Of a DNA stretch of 59,163 nt, positions 17,453-27,381 are shown one piece after another. Origin of the DNA: Myxococcales bacterium (GTDB taxonomy: Bacteria; Myxococcota; Myxococcia; Myxococcales; 40CM-4-68-19). The position numbers and the translations under genes were made by a program. Location of the stretch: positions 1-59,163 of the forward strand of contig JAIVGS010000190.1 in assembly GCA_020201435.1 (NCBI GenBank). Direction: 5' to 3'. Below the pieces are notes generated by a model. The model was not told the origin of the DNA, did no database searches, and saw only the letters and a program-made list of their open reading frames with translations. Every line of letters starts with the position of its first letter. Position 1 is the stretch's first letter.

Positions 17453-19009
17453 TTGAAGCGGATCCTCGCCATCCTCGTGTTCGCCGCGGCCTGTGGCGGC
17501 ACTGGCCAGCTCGACGCGGACGACCAGAATTTCACCAGCGATGTCGCGACCTTGCTGGTCATGGACCTGGACTCGCAGCTGGTGACCTCGACCACCGCCA
17601 ACGCCGCGGGCCAGATCCGCGCGCAGCTGATGTACACCGTCGGCCACCTGAACGCCGAACCGGGCGTCTCACGGCTCGACAAGCTCAACCTGTCGAACGT
17701 CGCGACCACGAGCCTCGGCGGTGGCCTGTACCGAATCTCCTACCACGTGAAGCTTCCGGTCGCCTGGGGCAGCAAGACGAACCTCCCCAGCCAGTACACC
17801 TTCACCCTTCCGAAGCGCGTCGACGCCAGCGGCCAGCAGGCTTTCTGGAACAAGTACTCGCCGGTCTGCAACGATCACGACGGCGACGAAGTCACCGTCG
17901 ACAACTTCTGGTACCATTACCGGCCGCACTGGTCGGGCTGCACCCTCGCTGCGGCGGACGTCGTCGTGACCACCGCGAAGGCGGCGATGAGCCCCGTCAA
18001 CACCATCGCCAAGTACCCGGAATATCACAAGGTTTGGGAAGACGGCCTGCTCACGGTGGTCGCGGTCTTCGGCAAGTACGCGCCGGGCGCGACCGACACC
18101 TGGTCGGACGCCGGACTGACCGCCTATGCGCAGTTTGCCCGTGCAGCCGCTGCAGAGCTCGGCGTTCCCGCTCCAATGGCGGACGCCGCGCACCCGGACA
18201 TCACGGTGCGCTCCGGCAACGTGGTGATCACGATGCTCCTGACCGACAAGCTGATGCTCGCGCCGCTCAGCTGGCAGAAGCGGTTCGCGGAGGTGAGCAC
18301 CAACGCCGACCTGATCATGTACAACGGGCATGCCGGCCTCGGCGCGAACGTCCGCGCGCTCGCCAACATGGGCACCTTCTTCCCCGGCAAGTACCAGGTG
18401 CTGTTCATCGACGGCTGCGACACCTTCGCCTACGCCGACAACAGCTGGGCGACGCGGCGCGCCGCGCTCAATCCCGACGATCCTTCGGGCACGAAATATC
18501 TCGACGTCGTCACCAACGCGATGCCGGCGTTCTTCGATTCGATGCCGGATGCGGCGATGGCGCTGGTGAAAGCGCTGCGCCACCCGGAAGCGCCGAAGAC
18601 GTATCCACAGATCTTCCACGACATCAACCCCGACCATGTCGTGGTCGCGAACGGCGAGGAGGACAACGTCTTCCACCCGGGGGTCGCGTATACGCCGCGC
18701 TGGTCGCTCGCCGAAGAGGGTTTCGTCGGCAAGAGCGAATCCGTCCTCTACACGGCCAACGTGCAGCCGGGCACGTACGTGTTCGCGCTCTCGCCCGATC
18801 CGGCGATCGCCGGCGGCGACGGCGACCTGCGCGTCCGCGCCGGCGCGATGCCGACGACCGACCTCACCTACAAGTGCAAGAGCTACATCGGCAACACCAA
18901 CGAGCGCTGCAAGCTCACCGTGGCGTCGCCGCAGAAGATCTACATGACGGTCACCGGCGATGCCACCGGCGTGCAGTCGCGGTTCTTGCTCCGCGCCTTT
19001 TCCCTTTAG
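17453..19009 (+). CDS. lipoprotein with possible caspase-fold His/Cys dyad and C-terminal PPC (pre-peptidase C-terminal) domain
   Basis: MKRILAILVFAAACGG is a lipobox signal. LIMYNGHAG (H293) and VLFIDGCDT (C322) each follow hydrophobic strands. The last ~90 aa (GTYVFALSP..GDGDLRVRAG..YKCKSY..ERCKL..IYMTVTGDATG..FLLRA) match the bacterial PPC-domain pattern. Confidence 0.78.
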   Translation: MKRILAILVFAAACGGTGQLDADDQNFTSDVATLLVMDLDSQLVTSTTANAAGQIRAQLMYTVGHLNAEPGVSRLDKLNLSNVATTSLGGGLYRISYHVKLPVAWGSKTNLPSQYTFTLPKRVDASGQQAFWNKYSPVCNDHDGDEVTVDNFWYHYRPHWSGCTLAAADVVVTTAKAAMSPVNTIAKYPEYHKVWEDGLLTVVAVFGKYAPGATDTWSDAGLTAYAQFARAAAAELGVPAPMADAAHPDITVRSGNVVITMLLTDKLMLAPLSWQKRFAEVSTNADLIMYNGHAGLGANVRALANMGTFFPGKYQVLFIDGCDTFAYADNSWATRRAALNPDDPSGTKYLDVVTNAMPAFFDSMPDAAMALVKALRHPEAPKTYPQIFHDINPDHVVVANGEEDNVFHPGVAYTPRWSLAEEGFVGKSESVLYTANVQPGTYVFALSPDPAIAGGDGDLRVRAGAMPTTDLTYKCKSYIGNTNERCKLTVASPQKIYMTVTGDATGVQSRFLLRAFSL

Positions 19010-19034
19010 AAACAATCGGCAACGCGCCGCGTGA

Positions 19035-19062
19035 TTGACACCGCGCAGCCGGGCGTTAGCTT
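19035..19062 (+). promoter_or_regulatory. candidate sigma70-type promoter upstream of the Spy/CpxP-like gene
   Basis: TTGACA at 19035..19040, a 16-nt spacer, then TAGCTT at 19057..19062. It lies about 75 nt upstream of ATG 19138. This is a sequence match only. Confidence 0.3.
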
Positions 19063-19137
19063 CGACGTACGGTGAGGCATTTCGCCCACCGTGAAATCCC
19101 CGTGGGGAGCGACAGCCCCTGCGAGTCGGAGGAAGCA

Positions 19138-19617
19138 ATGTACCCAGGCATGATGTGGTGGTGGAAGCACGCTCGGCGTCACGGCTGCGGCGAAGGCGCT
19201 CGCGCGGAGGAAGGCGGCTGGCAGGCCGGACCGTGGGGGCATCACGGCCACGGCGGTGACGACTTCGGCGGCGGTGGCGCATTCGGCGTCCGGCGCCCGC
19301 TGCGGTTTCTCGCCTACAAGCTGAACCTGAACGAAGAGCAGGTCGCGCAGCTGGCGAAGATCCTCGACGAGCTCAAGACCGAGCGCGCCCAGGCGGCGGT
19401 CGACGATCGCCGCACGGTGGCCGCGTTCGCCGACGCGCTCGGCCTCGAGAAGTTCGACGAGCCGCGCGCGAAGGAAGGCGGCGACCTGCGCGCGAAGAGC
19501 GCCGAGCGTCTGCGCGACGCGGTGATCAAGGCGCTCGGCAAGATCCACGCCGTTCTCGACTCGGGCCAGCGGGCGCAGCTCGCCTACCTGATCCGCACCG
19601 GCGTGCTCTCGATCTGA
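19138..19617 (+). CDS. Spy/CpxP-family (LTXXQ-type) protein with His/Gly/Trp-rich N-terminus
   Basis: Start set at ATG 19138, preceded by GGAGGAAG. LNEEQVAQLAKILDEL and DSGQRAQLAYLI resemble the paired LTXXQ helices of CpxP/Spy/ZraP. The N-terminus is MYPGMMWWWKHARRHG..GHHGHGGDD. No clear signal peptide. Confidence 0.55.
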   Translation: MYPGMMWWWKHARRHGCGEGARAEEGGWQAGPWGHHGHGGDDFGGGGAFGVRRPLRFLAYKLNLNEEQVAQLAKILDELKTERAQAAVDDRRTVAAFADALGLEKFDEPRAKEGGDLRAKSAERLRDAVIKALGKIHAVLDSGQRAQLAYLIRTGVLSI

Positions 19618-19623
19618 AACCGC

Positions 19624-19656
19624 GCGCGGGGCGGCCTCTCGCCGGCCGCCTCGCGC
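19624..19656. terminator. GC-rich hairpin between convergent genes (possible bidirectional terminator)
   Basis: 19624..19636 pairs with 19644..19656, giving a 13-bp stem including one G-U pair, with loop TCTCGCC. It lies between the stops at 19617 (+) and 19659 (-). No U-tract. Confidence 0.4.
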
Positions 19657-19658
19657 AT

Positions 19659-21404
19659 TCAGCGAAGAACGTCGTTTTCGTACTTGCCCGACGCGATCAG
19701 ATGGTCGGCGACGTTCTTGATCTCTTCGTCGTTGTTGCGGCCGGTGCCCGCGCGCAGGTTGGCGCGGATCCGGTGGCGGGCGTCGGAATAGAACGCGAAC
19801 GTCATGTTCAATTCGACGGTGCAGCCGGCCACGCCGCGCGTCTCGATCAACCGCGTCGTGCGCGCGATCGTCGCGCAGAGGGCGAGCAGATCGATCGCCA
19901 CGTCCGCGATACGCGTGGTCGCGAACTGCATCTCGACGACCTCGCGGCCGTGGCGGCGCAGGACGGTGTCGCAAAGGGCGGCGAGGCCCTGCACGGCGTC
20001 CTCGACGTACGCCACCTGCTCGCGCATCGACTCGTGCGCCTTCGAGATCTGCGTGCGTCCGTACGGGACCGCCTGCCTCGCCTTTCGGACCGCGTACTCG
20101 CGCAAGAGACCGAACCCCTTGATCGGATCGGTCAGCGAATTCGCGAGCTCCTTGCCGAGACCTTTCAGGTACTCGCCCGGCTTCTGCAGGCCGGTGAGCC
20201 CGATGTAGAGCCGCAGGATCTCGTTGGTGCCTTCGAAGATCCGGTTGATGCGCGAGTCGCGCATCGCCTGCTCGTAGGGCTGCTCGCGCATGTACCCCAT
20301 GCCGCCGGCGATCTGCAGCGCCTCGTCGGTCGCGTGCCAGAGCGCTTCCGAATTGAACACCTTGGTCGCCGCGCCCTCGACCGAATAGTCGACGCCGGAG
20401 CGATCGATCGTCGACGAGACCATGTAGCAGAGCGATTCGCTGACGTAGAGATTGGTCGCCATCCGCCCGAGCTTTTCCTTGATCTTGCCGAAGCTCGAGA
20501 TCGGCCGGCCGAACTGCTTGCGCTCGTTGGCGTGGGCGATCGCGGCCTGCAACAGGCGCCGCTGTCCGCCGACGGCGCCGGCGCCGAGGCCGGTGCGGCC
20601 GTGGTTCAAGATGCTCATCGCCACCTTGAAGCCCTTGCCCTCCTCGCCGAGAACGTTCGCCGCCGGAACGCGGACGTTGTCGAAGAAGACCGCGGTCGTG
20701 TTCGACGCGCGGATGCCCATCTTGTCCTCGTGCGGCCCGTGCGTGACGCCGCCGAGATCACGGGTGACGATGAACGCGGTGATCTTTCCCTTTTGCGACG
20801 GCGTGTCGGGCGTCGTCTTGGCGAAGACGGTGTAGAAGTCGGCGATCCCGCCGTTGGTGATCCAAAGCTTCTGGCCGTTCAGGACGTAGAAGTCGCCGTC
20901 GCGTTTGGCGCTGGTCTTGACCGAGAACGCGTCCGATCCGGAGCCGGGCTCGGTGAGGCAGAACGCGGCGATCATCTCGCCGGTCGCCAGCTTCGGCAGG
21001 TACCGCTTTTTCTGCTCGTCGGTGCCGAAGAGCAGGAGTCCCTTGAACCCGATCGACGAGTGCGCGCCGAGCGTGACCGCGATCGATCCGTCCCACCCTG
21101 CGACCTGCTGCATCACGCGCGCGTAGCCGGTGTTCGACAGACCGAGCCCGCCGTGCGCCTCGGGGACGATCAGCCCGAACAGCCCGATCTCGCGCAGCGA
21201 CTGAAGAAGCTCGTTCGGCATCTCGCCGGTGCGGTCCAGCTTTCGCGAGTCGATCGTGGCCATGTACTTGTCGATCGAGTCGCAGATCGGCGCCACCAGC
21301 TCCGCCTGATCGCGCGGCATCTCCGGATAGGGAAAGATCTGATCCTCGAGGATCTCGCCGAAGAAGAGAGATTTGCCGAAGCTGGCGTTGGGGTCGAAGG
21401 GCAT
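19659..21404 (-). CDS. long-form acyl-CoA dehydrogenase (VLCAD/ACAD9-like, with C-terminal extension)
   Basis: 581 aa. Motifs: CLTEPGSGSDAFS, LWITNGGIADFYTVFAKT, FEGTNEILRLYIG, plus a ~180-aa C-terminal helical extension typical of the very-long-chain type. Confidence 0.9.
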   Translation of the reverse strand: MPFDPNASFGKSLFFGEILEDQIFPYPEMPRDQAELVAPICDSIDKYMATIDSRKLDRTGEMPNELLQSLREIGLFGLIVPEAHGGLGLSNTGYARVMQQVAGWDGSIAVTLGAHSSIGFKGLLLFGTDEQKKRYLPKLATGEMIAAFCLTEPGSGSDAFSVKTSAKRDGDFYVLNGQKLWITNGGIADFYTVFAKTTPDTPSQKGKITAFIVTRDLGGVTHGPHEDKMGIRASNTTAVFFDNVRVPAANVLGEEGKGFKVAMSILNHGRTGLGAGAVGGQRRLLQAAIAHANERKQFGRPISSFGKIKEKLGRMATNLYVSESLCYMVSSTIDRSGVDYSVEGAATKVFNSEALWHATDEALQIAGGMGYMREQPYEQAMRDSRINRIFEGTNEILRLYIGLTGLQKPGEYLKGLGKELANSLTDPIKGFGLLREYAVRKARQAVPYGRTQISKAHESMREQVAYVEDAVQGLAALCDTVLRRHGREVVEMQFATTRIADVAIDLLALCATIARTTRLIETRGVAGCTVELNMTFAFYSDARHRIRANLRAGTGRNNDEEIKNVADHLIASGKYENDVLR

Positions 21405-21480
21405 GCCGCAGTCTAGAACAGATCGTTATCCCGAGCCGGCCGAAGCCGGTCACCTCCGCGCGCAAACGTGCGGCGCGGTT

Positions 21481-21903
21481 TCATTGATGTAAACGGACGA
21501 GCAGCCGCTCGGCCGGGAGCAGCACGTACAACCCGTCGAATTCCTCGTCGGGTACGTCGAACGTCACACCGAAAGCGCGCGCGACCTCGGGGAGCGTGTT
21601 CGAATGCCCGACGACGAGCGCGCGATCCTGCTTGCGCAACAACTCGACGAGACCGGCGGTGTCGTCGGCCGCGTGGATCTGGACCTTCACGCCGAGACGC
21701 GCAGCCAGCGGCGCTGCCGTCTTCTGCGTGCGCCGGTACTGCGTGGCGAAGATCGCGGTGATGCCGGCTTCGCGCAGCTTGTCGGCCAGCGCGTGTGCTC
21801 GCGCTTCGCCCGCCGCCGACAACGCCGCATCCTTCGAGTTGTCCACCTTCTCGGCGTGGCGGACGAGAAAGAGCACCTGGAGCAGCGCGAGCAGCACCGT
21901 CAT
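21481..21903 (-). CDS. histidine phosphatase family protein (SixA-like)
   Basis: Distal 140 aa of ORF 21481..23298. Motifs LVRHAEK (RHG-motif variant) and [11 protein letters not shown] 21903 overlaps the pgm stop as ATGA. Confidence 0.8.
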   Translation of the reverse strand: MTVLLALLQVLFLVRHAEKVDNSKDAALSAAGEARAHALADKLREAGITAIFATQYRRTQKTAAPLAARLGVKVQIHAADDTAGLVELLRKQDRALVVGHSNTLPEVARAFGVTFDVPDEEFDGLYVLLPAERLLVRLHQ

Positions 21904-23507
21904 TTCAACGCCTCGGCGACGATCGCCTGGGCCTCTTCGACGATCTTCTCGAGATGTGCCTGATCGCGGAACGACTCCGCGTAGATCTTGTAGACGTCTT
22001 CGGTGCCCGACGGGCGCGCCGCGAACCAGCCGTTCTCCGCCGTCACCTTGAGCCCGCCGATCTCCGCGTCGTTCCCGGGCGCCCGCACCAACCGCGAAAG
22101 GATCGGCTCGCCGGCCAGCGTCGACGCCTTCACTGCGTCGGGCGACAATTTCTTCAACGCCGCCTTCTGCTTCGGGGTCGCCGGCGCGTCGATGCGCGTG
22201 TACACCGGACTCCCGAGCTCGGCCGCGAGCTCGCGATACCGCAGACCCGGCTCCTTGCCGCGCGCGGTCATCTCCGCGCCGAGCAGGTCCATGATCATCC
22301 CGTCCTTGTCGGTCGACCACGGCGTCCCGTCGCGCCGCAGGAACGACGCGCCGGCGCTCTCCTCGCCCCCGAATCCGAGCGACCCGTCGAGCAGGCCGTC
22401 GACGAACCACTTGAACCCGACCGGCACCTCTCGGAGCGTACGCCCGACCTTGCGCGCGACGCGGTCGATCAGCGCCGACGACACCAGCGTCTTGCCGACC
22501 GCCGCCCGCGACGGCCACTGCCGCGCGCCGCCGAACAGATACGAAATGCTCACCGCGAGGTAATGATTCGGATTCATCAAACCGGCCGAAGGCGTGACGA
22601 TGCCATGCCGATCGGAATCGGTGTCGTTGCCGAAGGCGAGGTCGAACTCGTTCCTCAGGGCGACGAGCGACGCCATCGCGTACGGCGACGAGCAATCCAT
22701 CCGGATCTTCCCGTCGTAATCGAGCGTCATGAATCCGAAGGTCGGGTCCACTTTCCGGTTCACGACCGTCAGGTTCAACCCGTACTCGGAGGCGATCGGA
22801 TCCCAGTAGTCGAGGTTCGAACCCCCGAGCGGGTCGACCCCGAGCCGCAGCCCCCGCGCCGCGGAGAGATCGACCACGTTGCGCAAGTCGCGAACGTACG
22901 GCGCGATGAAATCGCACTCCTTCAATTGCGCATCGACGCGCCGCGCCCGCTGCGCGTCTTTCAGGAGCTCGTTCGCGCGCTTCTCGATCCATCCGGTCGC
23001 GGTGGTATCCGCCGGGCCGCCGTTGGGCGGGTTGTACTTGATCCCGCCGTCCTCGGGCGGATTGTGCGAGGGCGTGATCACGATCCCATCGGCGAGGCCG
23101 GAAGAGCGCCCGCGGTTGTACGTCAGGATCGCGTGCGAGATGACCGGAGTCGGCGTCGCCTTCCGGGACCAGAACGTCGGCACCCCGAATGCGCCGAGCA
23201 CGTCGAGCGCGGTCTCCTGCGCCGGATCCGAGAGCGCGTGCGTATCCTTGCCGAGGAACAGCGGCCCGTTCGTCCCCTGCGCCTTGCGGTACTCGCACAC
23301 CGCCTGCGTCACCGCGAGGATGTGCGCCTCGTTGAACGCCCGCTTCAGGGACGATCCCCGATGCCCGCTGGTCCCGAACGCAACGCGCTGCTCCGGCACC
23401 GACGGATCGGGCCGCTCCTCGAAATAGAGCTTCCGCAGCCGCGCGACGTCGACCAGCACCTCGCGCGGGGCCGGCTTTCCCGCAAGTGGATGGACCATGC
23501 CGCGCAA
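21900..23507 (-). CDS. pgm: phosphoglucomutase, alpha-D-glucose phosphate-specific
   Basis: 535 aa. Phosphoserine loop FGTSGHRG, metal loop [11 protein letters not shown], sugar-binding loop GGEESAG. Colinear with E. coli-type Pgm. The start could be 23507 or 23498. Confidence 0.9.
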   Translation of the reverse strand: MRGMVHPLAGKPAPREVLVDVARLRKLYFEERPDPSVPEQRVAFGTSGHRGSSLKRAFNEAHILAVTQAVCEYRKAQGTNGPLFLGKDTHALSDPAQETALDVLGAFGVPTFWSRKATPTPVISHAILTYNRGRSSGLADGIVITPSHNPPEDGGIKYNPPNGGPADTTATGWIEKRANELLKDAQRARRVDAQLKECDFIAPYVRDLRNVVDLSAARGLRLGVDPLGGSNLDYWDPIASEYGLNLTVVNRKVDPTFGFMTLDYDGKIRMDCSSPYAMASLVALRNEFDLAFGNDTDSDRHGIVTPSAGLMNPNHYLAVSISYLFGGARQWPSRAAVGKTLVSSALIDRVARKVGRTLREVPVGFKWFVDGLLDGSLGFGGEESAGASFLRRDGTPWSTDKDGMIMDLLGAEMTARGKEPGLRYRELAAELGSPVYTRIDAPATPKQKAALKKLSPDAVKASTLAGEPILSRLVRAPGNDAEIGGLKVTAENGWFAARPSGTEDVYKIYAESFRDQAHLEKIVEEAQAIVAEALK

Positions 23508-23516
23508 TCTACTGCG

Positions 23517-24296
23517 TCAAAACGTTCCTGACACGGCGAGCGACGGCCCCTGCGCAGCGATGGACAAGGCGTTCCCACGCTTGTGCAACAAGGGAAAGGC
23601 AACGCCGCAGGCAGCGCCGATCGCGGCTCCCGTCAGCACGTCGGTGAAGTAATGCTTCTCGGCCATCATCCGCAGCATGGCGCTGCTGACCGAGGCGACT
23701 CCCGCCGCCGCCCACAGCCACGGCGCGGCGCGCGATTCCTCGAGCGTCGCCGTCATCGCGAGGGAAACGCCGAGCGAGGTGGCGAATCCGGTGTGCCCCG
23801 ACGGCAGGCTGATGTGGCTGTCGCGATCGTTCAGATCGTACGTGCCGGTCGCGTCCGCATGTCCGTAACGCGCGAACGGCCGCTGGCGCGCGGCGGTGAA
23901 TTTGACCGCCTGGAGGATCGCCGCCTGCACCGCGACGGCCTCGGTGACGATTTCGACCGCGCGCAATCCCGCGCCCTCGCTCCCGTACGGCCCCGTCAAC
24001 GTGTACGCCCCGACCAGCGTCGACGCGGGCAGCAGGGCGTACACCCAGACGTTGCTGATCGTGTCGGCGGTCTTCCGATCGACCACCCAGCTGGTCAGAT
24101 GATCGTGAAAGAACGCGTCCGCGCCGTTCAACGAGCCGTCGCAGATCCGGCAGGATGCCGGCGCGATCTGCTCCTTGAGCAACTCCGGGACGATGAACCC
24201 GACCAGACCGACGGCGATGATCGGAACGTCCGCCGCGGGCCGGACGTCGACCTTGTCCTGCGCGCCGACCGACAGCGCGAGGAGGATCGCGATCAC
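23517..24296 (-). CDS. PAP2-family membrane phosphatase
   Basis: Distal 259 aa of ORF 23517..25688. The GTG start overlaps the kinase stop as GTGA. The three acid-phosphatase motifs are KFTAARQRP, PSGHTG and RMMAEKHYFTDVLTG. Several TM segments. Confidence 0.85.
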   Translation of the reverse strand: MIAILLALSVGAQDKVDVRPAADVPIIAVGLVGFIVPELLKEQIAPASCRICDGSLNGADAFFHDHLTSWVVDRKTADTISNVWVYALLPASTLVGAYTLTGPYGSEGAGLRAVEIVTEAVAVQAAILQAVKFTAARQRPFARYGHADATGTYDLNDRDSHISLPSGHTGFATSLGVSLAMTATLEESRAAPWLWAAAGVASVSSAMLRMMAEKHYFTDVLTGAAIGAACGVAFPLLHKRGNALSIAAQGPSLAVSGTF

Positions 24297-26236
24297 GCCG
24301 CGTACCGATCGCGGATCGTCACCAGCGCTTCCGACATCTCCCGGCAGCTGTGGAACCGCTGCCGCGGATCCTTCGCCAGCGCTTTGAGGATCACCGCTTC
24401 GAGCTCGAGCGGAATTCCCGGATTGCGCGCCCGCGGCGGCTGCGGCGCGTTGTTGACGTGCATCATCAACAACGGCACGAGCTCCGGATGATTGAACGGC
24501 ACCTTCCCGGTGAACAGCTCGTAAGCGCAGACGCCGAGGGCGTAGACGTCGGTCAGGTGCGTCACCGTGCTGAAGCTCGAGATCTGCTCGGGCGACATGT
24601 ACATCGGCGTCCCCGCGATCGATCCCGCCACCGTCACGCCCGGCGTCGCGTGCTGCTTCGCAATCCCGAAGTCCATCACTTTCAGCACGCCGTCGTTGGT
24701 GACGAAGAAATTGTCCGGCTTCACGTCGCGGTGCACCACGCCGGCGTCGTGCGCGGCCTGCAGTCCGTGGCAGGCCTGCACCAGGTATCCGATCGCGGTG
24801 CGGAAATCGATCGATCGCGCCATCCGATCCTTCAGGCTCTGCCCGGTCAACAGCTCCATCGAGATGTACCGGTGTCCGTGGTGCATTCCGATGTCGTAGA
24901 GCCGGATGATGTTCGGGTGGATCAGCTGGCGCGACAGCTTCAGCTCCTGCTTGAAGCGCGCCACCGCGACGTCGCTCGTCTGCTCGAGGTTGAAGACCTT
25001 CAGCGCGACCTGCTCCTCGAGCTCGAGATCCCAGGCGCGGAATACCGCCGCCATGCCGCCTTTGCCGATCTGCGCTTCGAGCCGGTAGCGCGACGCGATC
25101 GTGCTGCCGGCGGCGAATTTGTCGATCGGTTGCTCCGGCTCGACGATCACCTCGGCTTCGGCGAGCACTTCTTCCGGCTGCGTCGCCGTCCCGGCGACCC
25201 GCTGCGCCGCCTGGGCGACGAGCTCCGGATCGTGACGCATCATCGTCGCTTCCATCCCGGGCAGATCCCCGAGGTCGGGCAGGTCGGGAAGGCTCTTGCG
25301 CCTGTGGAGATCGGCATGCTCGAGCACCTGCCGCGCCACCATCGCCGACGGCCGAATCTCGGCATCGAGATCGGAGAGCCGCTCGCGCGCTCCGGCGTGG
25401 CCGGGCTGCAGGTCCAGCATCTTCTGCAGCACCTCGCGCGCGTTCTCCGGGTAGCCGCGCGAGATGTAGAGCCGCGCGAGGAGATCGAAGACCGCGAGCT
25501 CCTCCGCGTCCCTGGCGCCGCTCTTCACGTAGGGGCCGAGGAAGTGCTCGAGCCGGAAATCGAGCACGCCCAGATTCGTCGCCAGCCGCACGGCCCGCGC
25601 GGCCGCCGTGCGGTAACGTGGATCCTCTTTCGGCACGCGGCAGAGATTGTCGAGCGCTTTGCCGGTGTCGCCCGCTTCCAGGTAGCATTCGGCGGATTCG
25701 AACGGCAGCCCTCCTTCGGCGTAGAGCTGCGCCGCGTCAGCCGGCTTTTTCAACGCCGTCGCCATCCGCGCCGCGTCGCCGAACCGTTTCAGCTGCGCAT
25801 ACGACTCGAGCGCGAGCTGCCACTTGCCCTGCTCCTCGAGCTTCTGCGCCGACAGCACCGAAAGGGCCTGCCCGCCGACCGCCGTCGCGGGCGCTTTGGA
25901 CAGGATCGGACCGGTCTCGAACTGACCGGGTCTCATCGACGACAGCCGCGCCGCGCCGGCCGTATCGCCAGAGCGCTGCAACAGCTCGACCGCGCGGCCC
26001 TGCTCGCCGAGGGCCATGAAGAGCTGCACGGCGAGCTCGTTCTCGCCGGCCTTGCCGAGAAAGATCGCCGCCATCAACGCGCGCTTTTTTCCCCCCGAGT
26101 CGAGCTGCCCGGCCTGCGAGGGCTGCACGCCGAGCGACTCGAGCAGCAGCTGTCCGGCATCGCGGGGCCGCTTCAGGGGCCCGCCCAGGACGCGCGCCGC
26201 GTCCTCGGTCGCGCCCGCTTCGAGAAACAGCTTCAC
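24293..26236 (-). CDS. Ser/Thr protein kinase with N-terminal TPR-like helical region (kinase domain C-terminal)
   Basis: Distal part of the 1993-aa artefact ORF. The kinase motifs are complete: GKGGMAAVF, VALKV, HRDVKPDN, DFG, SPE. The N-terminal ~330 aa are TPR-like helices. The conservative start is GTG 26236. Protein-like sequence continues up to 26302 without an ATG, GTG or TTG. Confidence 0.85.
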   Translation of the reverse strand: MKLFLEAGATEDAARVLGGPLKRPRDAGQLLLESLGVQPSQAGQLDSGGKKRALMAAIFLGKAGENELAVQLFMALGEQGRAVELLQRSGDTAGAARLSSMRPGQFETGPILSKAPATAVGGQALSVLSAQKLEEQGKWQLALESYAQLKRFGDAARMATALKKPADAAQLYAEGGLPFESAECYLEAGDTGKALDNLCRVPKEDPRYRTAAARAVRLATNLGVLDFRLEHFLGPYVKSGARDAEELAVFDLLARLYISRGYPENAREVLQKMLDLQPGHAGARERLSDLDAEIRPSAMVARQVLEHADLHRRKSLPDLPDLGDLPGMEATMMRHDPELVAQAAQRVAGTATQPEEVLAEAEVIVEPEQPIDKFAAGSTIASRYRLEAQIGKGGMAAVFRAWDLELEEQVALKVFNLEQTSDVAVARFKQELKLSRQLIHPNIIRLYDIGMHHGHRYISMELLTGQSLKDRMARSIDFRTAIGYLVQACHGLQAAHDAGVVHRDVKPDNFFVTNDGVLKVMDFGIAKQHATPGVTVAGSIAGTPMYMSPEQISSFSTVTHLTDVYALGVCAYELFTGKVPFNHPELVPLLMMHVNNAPQPPRARNPGIPLELEAVILKALAKDPRQRFHSCREMSEALVTIRDRYAA

Positions 26237-26304
26237 CGCGGGCTCGCCCTGCCCGGCCTTCTCGAGCGCGCGCGCCTTCTCGATGGCCTTTTTCGCGTCC
26301 AGGA

Positions 26305-27381
26305 CTAGTCCTCCGGCAGCTGTGCGGCCAGGCTCTTCAGCGACTCGGGCTGGTTGGCGAATTTCAGCGCTTCGTCGACGGTGATGTCGCCCTGCTTGAC
26401 GAGGCGGAACAGGCACGCGTCGAGGCTCTGCATTCCCGATCCGTCGTTCGACGCGGTCTCGAGATAGCCGTCGATCTGGAACACCTTGTTCTCGCGGATC
26501 AGGTTCGACACCGCGTAACTCTGCAGCAGAATCTCGAGCGCCGCCACCCGCCCCTCGCCGCTGGCGTGCTTGGCGAGGTGCTGCGAGATCACTCCCCGCA
26601 GCAGCACCGACAGGGTGCTGCGCACCTGATCGCGGCTCTCCTCGGGGATCACGTCGATGATGCGATCGATCGCTTTCGCCGCCGAGTTCGAGTGCAAGGT
26701 GCCGATCACCAGCACGCCGGTTTCGGCGGCCGCGATCGCCAGGTTGATCGTCTCGAGATCGCGCATCTCGCCGACGACCAGCACGTCCGGGCTCTCGCGC
26801 AAGGCCGACCGCAGCGCGCCGGCGAACGATTCGGCGTGCTCGCCGACTTGCCGCTGCGTGATCACGCCCTTGATCGGCTGGTGGAGGAACTCGATCGGGT
26901 CCTCGATGCTGATCACGTGCCGCTCGCTGCTCTTGTTGATCTCGTCGACGATCGCCGCCAGCGTCGTGCTCTTGCCCGACCCGGTGGGGCCGGTCACCAG
27001 GACCAGGCCGTTGTTCAGCATCGACAGCCGCTTCACCGCCAGCGGCATCCCGAGCTGCTCCATCGTCGGACACTGATTCGGAATCACGCGGAAGACGGCG
27101 CCGAGCCCGTGCGACTGGACGAAGACGTTGGCGCGGAACCGCGCCACGCCCTCGATCGAATAGACGAAGTCGCACTCCTGCTTCTCCTCGAAATCCGCGC
27201 GCTGCTCCTCGGTCATGAGCTCGAGCAGGAAGCGGCTGGTCTCGACCTCCGAGAGGTGCCGGAACGGCAACGACATCAGCTCGCCCTCGTGGCGGATGAT
27301 CGGCACGTTGCCGGCATGAAAGTGCAGGTCCGAGGCGCCCTGCTGCGCGACGAGGCGCAGGAACGAGTCGATGCGAGGCAT
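26305..27381 (-). CDS. pilT: type IV pilus retraction ATPase PilT-family
   Basis: 358 aa. DLHF, Walker A GPTGSGKSTT, Asp box IEDPIE, Walker B VLVVGEMRD, His box IGTLHS, and the PilT-type AVSNLIRENK motif. The ATG follows the upstream stop with no spacer. Confidence 0.9.
   Translation of the reverse strand: MPRIDSFLRLVAQQGASDLHFHAGNVPIIRHEGELMSLPFRHLSEVETSRFLLELMTEEQRADFEEKQECDFVYSIEGVARFRANVFVQSHGLGAVFRVIPNQCPTMEQLGMPLAVKRLSMLNNGLVLVTGPTGSGKSTTLAAIVDEINKSSERHVISIEDPIEFLHQPIKGVITQRQVGEHAESFAGALRSALRESPDVLVVGEMRDLETINLAIAAAETGVLVIGTLHSNSAAKAIDRIIDVIPEESRDQVRSTLSVLLRGVISQHLAKHASGEGRVAALEILLQSYAVSNLIRENKVFQIDGYLETASNDGSGMQSLDACLFRLVKQGDITVDEALKFANQPESLKSLAAQLPED

Noticed and set aside
22795-22830. 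GGTTCGAACCCCC string resembling a tRNA T-arm
   Set aside because: It lies inside the well-supported pgm coding sequence, and no acceptor or anticodon stems can be drawn around it. No tRNA gene was found anywhere in the window.
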